DNA of 32,000 nucleotides from Acaryochloris marina S15 (GTDB lineage Bacteria; Cyanobacteriota; Cyanobacteriia; Thermosynechococcales; Thermosynechococcaceae): NCBI RefSeq assembly GCF_018336915.1, contig NZ_CP064923.1, positions 2,280,001 to 2,312,000 of the forward strand, read 5' to 3'. Shown piece by piece: positions 23,930 to 32,000 of this stretch (position 1 is its first letter; each line of letters starts with the position of its first letter). The notes under the pieces were generated by a model. It saw only the letters and a program-made list of their open reading frames with translations, ran no database searches and was not told where the DNA came from. The position numbers and the translations under genes were made by a program.

Positions 23930-26599
23930 CTAGGATTGGGAGAGTAAATTGAGACTTTCTAAGGCATCTAAGATCAGGTCGAATCGATAAGCCCTGACTA
24001 ACTCAGTCAGGGTCTGTATGAGGGGAGCATATTGATCGGGGATGTGGGTGAGAAGTTGCTCAATTTTAGGGTTGTCTAGAGATTGTGATGCTTTGATGAG
24101 CTGAAGCTGCCATTCTGGGGGCAGATGTTGGAGATCTTGCAAAATCACAATATTGTCAGCAGAGGTGAGGGCTGAGGGGTGGGCTGCCTGGATAAACTCT
24201 ACCTGCAGATGTTGGGCCATTTGTTCCCATATTTCTGAGGTACGAAAGGGTTTGCAAACGAATCCATCGAACCCGTCTTGCAATGCTTGGGTGCGATCGC
24301 AATCAAATATATTCGCCGTGAGGGCAATGACAATAGGCGGGTTAGCCGTGGCTTTAATCTGCTTTAGAGCCGTCTTACCATCCATAATAGGCATCTGTAA
24401 ATCCATCCAAATCAGATGGGGTTGCCATTGCTGATTCTTCTCGATGGCCTCTTGACCATGGATAGCTTCTTGGGTGTCAAAGCCCACGGAAGAGAGTAGA
24501 TTCACCATTAATTGGCGGTTTTCGAGTTGATCATCGACGACTAAAATTCGCCAAGGTGCTTCATTTGAGGCCAGGTGAACAATGTTGTTATATTGGCACC
24601 TGCTCGTTGGGAAAGTGGTTGTCTGGTTCGTTTGAATGGTGCAATAAAAAGTACTGCCTTCGTTTAAGGTACTGGTGACGGTAATGTCCCCCCCCAGCAG
24701 TCTGGCAAATTTGCGACTAATGGCCAGGCCGAGTCCGGTGCCTTCTTGGCTTTTTTGGCCTGTGCGGGTTTGCACAAAAGGCGTAAAAATATCTTCTAAA
24801 GCTTCGGGATTGATGCCACGACCCGTGTCCTGAACGGTGAACTCCAAACTCATAGAGCTCTCTGCTTTTGGATTCTCAAGGGGACGGACATTCAAGTTGA
24901 CTTGACCTGTTTGCGTAAACTTAATGGCATTTCCCAGCAGATTAATCAGAATTTGCCGTACTTTGATCGGGTCAGTTTCAATAAAAGGGGGGATGTCAGG
25001 ATCGTAAGTTGTGGACAGTTCAATCCCTTTGGCATTGGCTTTTAATTGCATCATCGTTTGCAGTGTGTCCAGCAGCTCGATGAGATCGAGGGAGGATGGA
25101 TGGACAACAATTTGGCCCGCTTCGATTTTAGAAAGCTCTAAGACATCGTTGATCAAGGTGAGCAAATGTTCGCCACTGCGGTTGATGATACCCACATGGT
25201 TTTGGTGGACCTCTGCCAGATTCCCTTCACTTTGCAGTAACTGACTAAATCCCAAAATGGCATTGAGGGGGGTGCGGAGTTCATGGCTCATATTGGCGAG
25301 GAACTCTGTTTTGGCATAGTTGGCGATTTCAGCTTTTTCTTTGGCGGTTGCTAATTCTGTTGTTCTTTGCGCCACGCGCTTTTCCAGGGTTTGTTGCGCC
25401 AGTTTGAGTTTGGTTTGATTGGTATGCAGCTCCTGGGCGATTTGTTTTTGCAGCCGAATGTAATGGCTTAACAACAGGATGGTGATTGAGCCAGAGGCAA
25501 AGATGACTGAAATGACAATGATTAAACTTTGATTTTCTTCAAACCAGGACAGGTCTTGATTGATGACCTGACTATCTGGCGGAAGATTATCAAGGGATAG
25601 GCCTGCTCGTTTAAGCATTTTGGCATCAAAGACCCACAGGTTTTTTGATTTGAGGATCGGTGGAATTTGATCCACTGATGTTCCTTTAAGAATTTGTAGT
25701 GCTAAGGCAACCGCTTGTTGGGCATGGAAATTGCCATCTAATATTTTTCCACCGACAACTCCTGCCCCCATCATGAGAGAAGTATCAACATAAATGGGGT
25801 TGGGGATGGTCTGGGCGAGAAGGTTGGAGGCTTTCTTAAAGTCCATTAAAGGCCCTGTAGCAGATTCTTGTCGAAGCTGTCCCAACATGAAAATGGGCCA
25901 ATGGTCAGGATATTGACCAATTTCTGCGGCAATCTGTTGGGGGACTAGATCGACAATCGTGACGAGTTGTTTGGGAGCCTGGGGGTGAGTCCGCAATTTT
26001 TCGATCTGCTTTTGGTTCGCTTTTCCTGATGCAGACGTGTCACTCACAAGAATGACACCGTTGCTTTGGGTTTGGCGCGCGGCTTCTAGTATCGTTTCCT
26101 GATTACTGTGGGTTTCATATACTCCCGTCATTCCAGGGCTTCTGAGTAAAGAATGACGAACGTGGTTAATGCCGAAATATACCAGTGGAACTTTGGACAG
26201 AAAAATACGGCGATACTCCAGTACCAGATTCAAGCCTGGATCGTCGCCGACCATCAATACATCAATGGAAGTATCTTGATATTTTTGCTGTAAATAGTTC
26301 AGATATTCTTGTTTGTGGGGCGCTTGTGGATATCGCTTGAGGTCCAAATACTCGTGAAAGATACGGAGGTTGCGATCGCTTCTTTGAAACCCTTGATCAA
26401 TCCCCTCTTTTTCTTGTTGGGTCCAGGATAGTTCTGCATGATAGGAATGGATGACGAGGACATTCTTTGTGGCGAATGCAGGGGTACTGATCCCTGCAAT
26501 TAGCAAACTAATGGGCATCCAAATTGGGCATACAGAGGTTTGGGTTACTTTGGCTAGTAGCTTCCCAAGGCTGTTCAACCGTTTTTGCCGAATGGTCAT
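23930..26599 (-). CDS. Hybrid sensor histidine kinase (periplasmic substrate-binding-like sensor, TM, HisKA, HATPase, receiver)
   Basis: The leader/TM segment is followed by [18 protein letters not shown] (ABC-substrate-binding-like sensor). It has the H-box [18 protein letters not shown], the N box [12 protein letters not shown] and G boxes DTGRGI and [10 protein letters not shown]. The receiver is ILVVDDQ...[13 protein letters not shown]...ALTAN...KP. Confidence 0.9.
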   Translation of the reverse strand: MTIRQKRLNSLGKLLAKVTQTSVCPIWMPISLLIAGISTPAFATKNVLVIHSYHAELSWTQQEKEGIDQGFQRSDRNLRIFHEYLDLKRYPQAPHKQEYLNYLQQKYQDTSIDVLMVGDDPGLNLVLEYRRIFLSKVPLVYFGINHVRHSLLRSPGMTGVYETHSNQETILEAARQTQSNGVILVSDTSASGKANQKQIEKLRTHPQAPKQLVTIVDLVPQQIAAEIGQYPDHWPIFMLGQLRQESATGPLMDFKKASNLLAQTIPNPIYVDTSLMMGAGVVGGKILDGNFHAQQAVALALQILKGTSVDQIPPILKSKNLWVFDAKMLKRAGLSLDNLPPDSQVINQDLSWFEENQSLIIVISVIFASGSITILLLSHYIRLQKQIAQELHTNQTKLKLAQQTLEKRVAQRTTELATAKEKAEIANYAKTEFLANMSHELRTPLNAILGFSQLLQSEGNLAEVHQNHVGIINRSGEHLLTLINDVLELSKIEAGQIVVHPSSLDLIELLDTLQTMMQLKANAKGIELSTTYDPDIPPFIETDPIKVRQILINLLGNAIKFTQTGQVNLNVRPLENPKAESSMSLEFTVQDTGRGINPEALEDIFTPFVQTRTGQKSQEGTGLGLAISRKFARLLGGDITVTSTLNEGSTFYCTIQTNQTTTFPTSRCQYNNIVHLASNEAPWRILVVDDQLENRQLMVNLLSSVGFDTQEAIHGQEAIEKNQQWQPHLIWMDLQMPIMDGKTALKQIKATANPPIVIALTANIFDCDRTQALQDGFDGFVCKPFRTSEIWEQMAQHLQVEFIQAAHPSALTSADNIVILQDLQHLPPEWQLQLIKASQSLDNPKIEQLLTHIPDQYAPLIQTLTELVRAYRFDLILDALESLNLLSQS

Positions 26600-26923
26600 G
26601 GATGATCAGTTGATACAATGTCCTCCATGGAAATGGTAACGTCAGCTATCTTAAAAATGATGATAGATAATCAATTTGTATCCAACTTTTTGAGAGAAAG
26701 CAGGTCAATAGACTGGAATCTCTAGGATTGGATGGGTTATTTAGCCACCCATATTCCCATGCTGGAGCTGAATGGCGCTGTCAAGAAAATTCTATATACC
26801 CAGAGGAAAGCGACCCTACTGGGGTGCGTGGTATGAAGAGACTGGTTCTAGGACCAGATGGACTGGAAACGGAGGAAATCTTCTTGCTTAAGGAAAAAAG
26901 CATTAAGTTTAATGCTCTGCAAT

Positions 26924-28387
26924 CTACTGTGTAGATTGGCCGCCGGGGAGAGCTGCCACAATAGCATCGGCAACCCGAGCAACGGGAATGATTTCGATAT
27001 CCAAACTGGGAAAAGACTGGCCTTTAGGAATGATGGCCCGTTTAAATCCCAACTTGAGGGCCTCTTTCAGACGTAATTCGGTTTGCGATACGGAGCGGAC
27101 TTGGCCGCCCAATCCCACCTCGCCAATAACGACGGTGGTTGGGTCTACCAGGCGATCTCGGAAGCTGGCTGCGAGTGCGATCGCAACTCCCAAATCTGCA
27201 GCGGGTTCGGCCACACTCAATCCACCGGAAGAAGCCACATAGGCATCTAGCTTAGAGAGGGGAATCCCCAGCCGTTTCTCTAACACAGCCAGAATTTGCA
27301 GCAACCGATTATATTCAATGCCTGTCGTCGAACGGCGTGGTGAACTATAGCTGGTGGGACTGACCAAGGCCTGCAGTTCCACCACAATTGGACGGGTGCC
27401 TTCGCAAGCGACGATAGTGGCGGTCCCTGGCGATACCTCTTCGCGGTCCCCCAAAAATAATTCCGATGGATTCAAGACTTCGCGCAAGCCCCGATCAATC
27501 ATTTCAAAAACACCAACTTCGTGAGTCGCACCAAACCGATTTTTCACTGACCGGAGTAATCGGTGATTCGCAAACCGATCCCCTTCAAAATAGAGCACGG
27601 TATCGACTAAATGTTCTAAAACCTTGGGACCTGCAATTGCCCCTTCCTTTGTGACGTGACCGACGATAAATAACGTAATGTGGTTTCGTTTTGCCAGTCG
27701 CATCAGGGCTGACGTACATTCCCTAACTTGGGCGACGGAACCGGGGGCCGAGGTTAAAGTAGAGAAAAATAGGGCTTGAATACTATCAATAATGGCGACC
27801 TGAGGTTGCAGAGAATCTAACTCTTGCAGCACCAATTCCAGGTCAGTTTCGGGTAACAGGTATAAATTGTCATTCTCTAAATTATCTTTTTGCTCAGTGG
27901 CGGTCTCTGAAATCTCTTTTTTTAAAATTAAATCTCCAATTCCCAATCTCTGGGCGCGTAATTTAACCTGTTGGCCAGATTCTTCCGCGCAAACATAGAG
28001 AACGGTTTGCCGCGAGCTTAAAAAATTGACAATTTGCAACAAAAGGGTTGATTTTCCGATTCCCGGATCACCCCCTACCAATACTAAAGAACCTGGGACA
28101 ATGCCTCCCCCTAACACCCGATCGAGTTCAACGTAACCCGAACTAAATCGCTGTATTGGCTGCTCAGAAATCTGGGTTAATGTCAGGGAAGAAAGCGCTT
28201 GGGGGGCAGCATTACGTTTCTGGCGATGTCGTTGCGCCAAGCGGGTTCCGTCTGTTGCTGCAGGTGCATTGGGCACCACTTGTTCGACTAAAGAATTCCA
28301 AGTGTGACAGGAGGGACATTTACCAAAAAACTGGGGAGAAGCTGCACCACATTCTTGGCAAATGTAATGAGTTCGTGTTTTTGCCAT
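26924..28387 (-). CDS. radA: DNA repair protein RadA/Sms
   Basis: It has an N-terminal zinc finger (CQECGA...CPSCHTWNS), Walker A GGDPGIGKSTLLLQ, the KNRFG motif and a C-terminal Lon-protease-like domain. Confidence 0.95.
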   Translation of the reverse strand: MAKTRTHYICQECGAASPQFFGKCPSCHTWNSLVEQVVPNAPAATDGTRLAQRHRQKRNAAPQALSSLTLTQISEQPIQRFSSGYVELDRVLGGGIVPGSLVLVGGDPGIGKSTLLLQIVNFLSSRQTVLYVCAEESGQQVKLRAQRLGIGDLILKKEISETATEQKDNLENDNLYLLPETDLELVLQELDSLQPQVAIIDSIQALFFSTLTSAPGSVAQVRECTSALMRLAKRNHITLFIVGHVTKEGAIAGPKVLEHLVDTVLYFEGDRFANHRLLRSVKNRFGATHEVGVFEMIDRGLREVLNPSELFLGDREEVSPGTATIVACEGTRPIVVELQALVSPTSYSSPRRSTTGIEYNRLLQILAVLEKRLGIPLSKLDAYVASSGGLSVAEPAADLGVAIALAASFRDRLVDPTTVVIGEVGLGGQVRSVSQTELRLKEALKLGFKRAIIPKGQSFPSLDIEIIPVARVADAIVAALPGGQSTQ

Positions 28388-28545
28388 ATAATTCTTAAAT
28401 AAAATTGAACTGTAAATATTCTTAAAGTCTTTAGTCTGAAAGCATTTCAGCGTTTTTTCCTGTTACTAACTTCATGCTAACTTAATAACAGAGGACAAAA
28501 ATTTAACTTTTAGCAATGACTCGCAATTAAGGAGCATTAAGGAAA

Positions 28546-29280
28546 TTGGAAAATCATAAAGAGAAAATTCTGGTGGTCGACGATGAAGCGAGTATTCGTC
28601 GCATCCTAGAAACACGCCTCTCCATGATTGGCTACGATGTGGTCACCGCTGCAGATGGGGAAGAAGCCATCGATACATTCCATCATGCCATTCCTGACTT
28701 AGTTGTCCTTGATGTAATGATGCCAAAACTGGATGGCTATGGTGTCTGCCAAGAACTCCGCAAAGAATCTGACGTGCCCATTATTATGCTGACGGCTCTG
28801 GGTGATGTCGCCGATCGGATTACCGGCTTGGAACTCGGTGCCGACGATTATGTGGTTAAACCGTTTTCACCGAAAGAATTAGAAGCTCGTATCCGCTCTG
28901 TTCTACGGCGCGTTAGTAAAAACGGCAACTCTGGCATTCCCAGCTCTGGCGTGATCAGTGTTCATACCTTACGGATCGATACTAACAAGCGCCAAGTCTA
29001 CAAAGGAGATGAGCGCATCCGGTTGACAGGGATGGAATTTAGCCTGCTGGAACTATTGGTCAGCCGTTCCGGTGAGGCTTTCTCCCGGTCCGATATTTTG
29101 CAAGAAGTTTGGGGCTATACTCCTGAGCGCCATGTAGATACTCGGGTGGTCGATGTCCATATTTCTCGACTGAGAGCCAAGCTAGAAGAGGATCCCAGTA
29201 ACCCTGAGCTGATTCTGACCGCTAGAGGGACAGGATATCTGTTTCAGCGCATTGTTGAGCCTGGGGAAATGCCCGGTTAA
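28546..29280 (+). CDS. rpaB: OmpR-family response regulator RpaB (Ycf27)
   Basis: It is near-identical over long stretches to RpaB as recalled (KEKILVVDDEASIRRILETRLSMIGYDVVTAADGEEA, LVVLDVMMPKLDGYGVCQELRKESDVPIIMLTALGDVADRITGLELGADDYVVKPFSPKELEARIRSVLRR, RVVDVHISRLRAKLE.DPSNPELILTARGTGYLFQRI). The apparent start is TTG, with AAGGAG upstream. Confidence 0.92.
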   Translation: MENHKEKILVVDDEASIRRILETRLSMIGYDVVTAADGEEAIDTFHHAIPDLVVLDVMMPKLDGYGVCQELRKESDVPIIMLTALGDVADRITGLELGADDYVVKPFSPKELEARIRSVLRRVSKNGNSGIPSSGVISVHTLRIDTNKRQVYKGDERIRLTGMEFSLLELLVSRSGEAFSRSDILQEVWGYTPERHVDTRVVDVHISRLRAKLEEDPSNPELILTARGTGYLFQRIVEPGEMPG

Positions 29281-29353
29281 GCCTAATTCAGGACTCACGT
29301 TCAATTTCATAACCCAGCGATGCCCTATAGATTGTTCATCTATAGGCGTTTTG

Positions 29354-29500
29354 CTATGGGGACTCATACCCCTTCTTTAGCATCACTGACTCTACAAACT
29401 GCTTCCCACAATTCTTACAGAGATAGCATTGTTGCTGTCTGCGTTGCCCATTTTTCGAGAGTCTGTGGGATTGACAATGGGGGCATGTCATTACTTTCAT
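29354..29500 (-). mobile_element. Remnant of the 5' end of an IS1-family-type transposase gene (InsA-like zinc ribbon), fused to the TetR reading frame
   Basis: MKVMTCPHCQSHRLSKNGQRRQQQCYLCKNCGKQFVES..KKGYES has the CPxC...KNG...Q.Y.CK.CGKQF pattern that begins IS1-type and related transposases. It stops after 48 aa, and no transposase body follows before rpaB. Confidence 0.45.
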
Positions 29501-30145
29501 TACATTTGAGCTATCCCCTACATAAGGCTCTAAATATGACATCAGCAGATTTTCTATTTGTTCAGTCAGTCGTTGGCGATGCTCCAAATCACTGGTCCGT
29601 AAAGCGGACAAGGTGACGGCATTACTGCTATGGACACAGACTTCTGCCAGCAGGTTAAGCTGGCCTTCAGGTAGGTTAGGATTCCGTTGCTGGAGAATAT
29701 CCGCTAGAAAATTGATGGCTTCTTGGGTCATGCTTTCGTCAATAGACTGGAACATATCCTGGGAAGTATAAAACTGAATAAAGATGACCCGCGATACGGG
29801 ATGGGCAAAGAGTTCTACCACTGCTGTGATCAGCTTGTGGATCATTTGGCGCAGGGGTAACTGCACCACTTCTGGGGTATTCAATTCATTCCAAAATAGT
29901 TTGACGCGCTCGATGTGGCGCAACTCCATGGCATTGAATATAGCGGCTTTGTTGGGGAAAAACTGATAGAGGGAGCCGACGGCAGTCCCTGCTTGGGCGG
30001 CAATTTGGTGGGTGGTAGCGGCATCGTAGCCCACCTGATCAAAGATATCTGCTGCCGCATTGAGGATTTTATCGACCCTTTCTTTGCCTCTTTGCTGTTT
30101 AGGCTGTCGACGGAAATGACTTGACGAATATGAATTATCTGTCAT
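29354..30145 (-). CDS. TetR-family transcriptional regulator, read through in frame into a 48-aa IS1-like zinc-ribbon tail
   Basis: It has the TetR HTH (RVDKILNAAADIFDQVGYDAATTHQIAAQAGTAVGSLYQFFPNKAAIF). I place the start at ATG 30145-30143 (MTDNSY...), because the longer track ORF would cover the divergent promoter and the first codons of 30195..31199. Confidence 0.8.
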   Translation of the reverse strand: MTDNSYSSSHFRRQPKQQRGKERVDKILNAAADIFDQVGYDAATTHQIAAQAGTAVGSLYQFFPNKAAIFNAMELRHIERVKLFWNELNTPEVVQLPLRQMIHKLITAVVELFAHPVSRVIFIQFYTSQDMFQSIDESMTQEAINFLADILQQRNPNLPEGQLNLLAEVCVHSSNAVTLSALRTSDLEHRQRLTEQIENLLMSYLEPYVGDSSNVMKVMTCPHCQSHRLSKNGQRRQQQCYLCKNCGKQFVESVMLKKGYESP

Positions 30146-30194
30146 ATTTTTAAAACACGACGAATCTTTCACAATTTTATAGCGAGCGAAGAAG

Positions 30195-31199
30195 ATGATG
30201 CGATCGATGCTTCCCGGTGCGCCTTGGCTATTGGCGCACAAGTCTATGCTGCTTGTCAATCAGCCCCTCAAGGTGACTCTGGACGGACAGGACTATGTGC
30301 TTTGGCAGGATGGCACGGGTTCAGTACAAGCCTTGCCCAATCGCTGTCCCCACATGGGGGCGATGCTGTCGGAAGGTTGGTGTGAACTCTTGCCAGATGG
30401 AGATGATGGGCAATCAGGGATTGTCTGTCCTTTTCATGCGCTGCAGTTTGATGGCGCAGGTTGCACCGTTCTGCCGGGTACTCAACGCAAAACATTGCCC
30501 CAATTACAGCCTCCAGAGCTAATGATTCAAGGCGATTTTATCTGGTCCTATGGCGGCCATGAGCCCCAAATACCGATTCCCAGCATTATGAATGAAATTG
30601 CCCAAGCCTATGATTTTATCGGACCTACTGCTGACTACAGCGTAGAAACGGATTTACTGAGTATGCTGCTGGTGATGCATGACTACAACCATCAAAACGG
30701 CACTCACCGTGATTTGTTTCAGATCACCGACGTTCAATTCCATCAATTTGTAGACCATGGGCATCAATCCCATGCGTTTTACGACATGCCCACAGAAACC
30801 TATCACTGGACGGAAAAGTTGAGAAAGCCAGATCTGATGTTGCTACCCAAAACCATTCAGGCACATTTGGAGAACTATTTTCCGGGGCTGGTCATTTTAC
30901 ATACTGAAACACCCTTAGGAAAAATTGCTCAATGCCATTTCTTTGTGCCTGAGTCAGAACAGCGGACTCGTACTTATATTTTGCTGTTTGCTCAGCTCCA
31001 GCATTCACTATTCAAGGTTTTTGGTAATTCTTTTCTCAAATTCGGCCAAGTGGCAGTAGAACAAGATGTCGATATCTTAGCCAAGCTCTATGGTGATGCA
31101 CCCCAAAATATCAAACTCAATAACGAAGTGGGTATGGATTGGGTTCGACGGAATTTCGACAATTTTCCCAAAGTGGTGGAGCCTCATCTATCCAAGTGA
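30195..31199 (+). CDS. Rieske [2Fe-2S] non-haem-iron oxygenase family protein
   Basis: It has the Rieske motif CPHMGAMLSEG...CPFHALQFD (CxH...CxxH) and a downstream DYNHQNGTH (DxxHxxxxH mononuclear iron motif). It is transcribed divergently from the TetR gene across a 49-bp gap. Confidence 0.8.
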   Translation: MMRSMLPGAPWLLAHKSMLLVNQPLKVTLDGQDYVLWQDGTGSVQALPNRCPHMGAMLSEGWCELLPDGDDGQSGIVCPFHALQFDGAGCTVLPGTQRKTLPQLQPPELMIQGDFIWSYGGHEPQIPIPSIMNEIAQAYDFIGPTADYSVETDLLSMLLVMHDYNHQNGTHRDLFQITDVQFHQFVDHGHQSHAFYDMPTETYHWTEKLRKPDLMLLPKTIQAHLENYFPGLVILHTETPLGKIAQCHFFVPESEQRTRTYILLFAQLQHSLFKVFGNSFLKFGQVAVEQDVDILAKLYGDAPQNIKLNNEVGMDWVRRNFDNFPKVVEPHLSK

Positions 31200-31328
31200 A
31201 TCGGGCAGTAGGATGGTTCTATTCCTAATCTCTAGTCTTGGTCTGAGATTAGAACCTTGGTTCAGAACCACTGGTTTGAAGGGCATGATATTAAACCTTT
31301 CACACCTATATTGAGGAGAAAAATTTCC

Positions 31329-32000
31329 ATGACATCCTCAGAGGATATTAAGGCTTGGTTACAGGAGCATACGGATCTAGATATCTTTCCTGAAAAGATT
31401 CTGGATCGGCTGGCTAGAACAGTAGAAGTACAGACGCTAGAAGCCAATCGGCGACTGATTTTAGAAGATACTTTGCCGGATGCGGTATATATTTTGCGTC
31501 AAGGCCGCCTTGAAAGCTATCACACCAGTTTGGTGGATACGGCACAGGTCTGTAGCTTGTTGCCAGGGGCTGTACTGCATCTCTTCGACATCTTGCTCGA
31601 TCAGCCGACCCTTCAAACCATCAATACTTTAACGGATTGCCAGTTGTGGGTGATTTCCAAAAAAGACCTACTCAAGATCGCGGGTGAATATCAAGATGTG
31701 ACGCGAATTGTGTCGCAAAAGCTGTCTAAAGACTTGGCGAATGTTTCCCAAGAGTTAGTGGCTGAACAGGAACGACAAGCTATCCTCAGACCCTATTTGG
31801 TCCCTAAGGCAAATAGAGGAATAGTCGGCTCTAGCCGCTATGCTAAGCGATTGCGAGAGCAACTCAAGGAGGCAGCACGTACTCGCGATTCAGTGATTAT
31901 CTTTGGCGAACCCGGTCTAGAAAAAGATAATGCAGCCGCTCTCGTTCACTTTGGATCGAACCAAAGACGGGAGCCGATGGTGAAAATTAACTGCAATACT
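31329..32000 (+). CDS. cNMP-binding-domain / sigma54-interaction-type AAA+ regulator, 3' end cut by the window
   Basis: This ORF is absent from the ORF track because it has no stop. I translated it by hand from ATG 31329 (GAGGAG RBS upstream), and it stays open to nt 32000. It has a CAP/cNMP-like fold region (AVYILRQGRLESY...). It then aligns VIIFGEPGLEKDNAAALVHFGSNQRREPMVKINC with NtrC-type VLI.GESGTGKE..A.AIH..S.R...PF...NC. Confidence 0.7.
   Translation, partial: MTSSEDIKAWLQEHTDLDIFPEKILDRLARTVEVQTLEANRRLILEDTLPDAVYILRQGRLESYHTSLVDTAQVCSLLPGAVLHLFDILLDQPTLQTINTLTDCQLWVISKKDLLKIAGEYQDVTRIVSQKLSKDLANVSQELVAEQERQAILRPYLVPKANRGIVGSSRYAKRLREQLKEAARTRDSVIIFGEPGLEKDNAAALVHFGSNQRREPMVKINCNT

Noticed and set aside
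30146-30259. The N-terminal 38 codons of the 301-aa track ORF (MTSSIDLCANSQGAPG...).
   Set aside because: This extension would overlap the divergent Rieske gene start and its promoter. TetR homology begins after the internal ATG at 30145.

Overview
This looks like a cyanobacterial chromosomal segment. I read nine GCGATCGC (HIP1) octamers by eye, and there is an RpaB-type response regulator next to radA. Housekeeping genes (pyrC, an AlkD-like repair protein, radA, rpaB) alternate with three cell-surface or secretion accessory modules. (1) A window-truncated IS4/Tn5-like transposase ends 32 bp upstream of a 2,076-aa protein. That protein combines a two-partner-secretion (FhaB-type TPS) domain, a beta-helical stalk with roughly 435-nt tandem repeats, TPR repeats and a C-terminal CHAT caspase-like protease. 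(2) The most unusual module is a roughly 6.2-kb island between pyrC and a decayed mscS fragment. It carries two tandem HlyC/CyaC-family lysine-acyltransferase paralogues, both with acidic Pro/Glu/Thr-rich N-terminal extensions. It also carries a roughly 1,383-aa atypical RTX protein built from an 18-residue half-canonical repeat, with no hydrophobic pore-forming region. Each of the three genes is preceded by its own copy of one conserved 58-70-nt upstream element, and no type I secretion genes are in the window. (3) A five-gene chaperone-usher pilus cluster has three pilin-like subunits, a PapD-like chaperone and an usher that lacks a recognisable signal peptide. The remainder comprises an alpha/beta hydrolase, a hybrid histidine kinase and a TetR regulator fused in frame to an IS1-like zinc-ribbon fragment. 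It also holds a divergent Rieske oxygenase and a 3'-truncated cNMP-binding AAA+ regulator with a degenerate P-loop. No rRNA, tRNA or CRISPR array was recognised. All homology calls rest on motifs read by eye and reference sequences recalled from memory. No searches were run.
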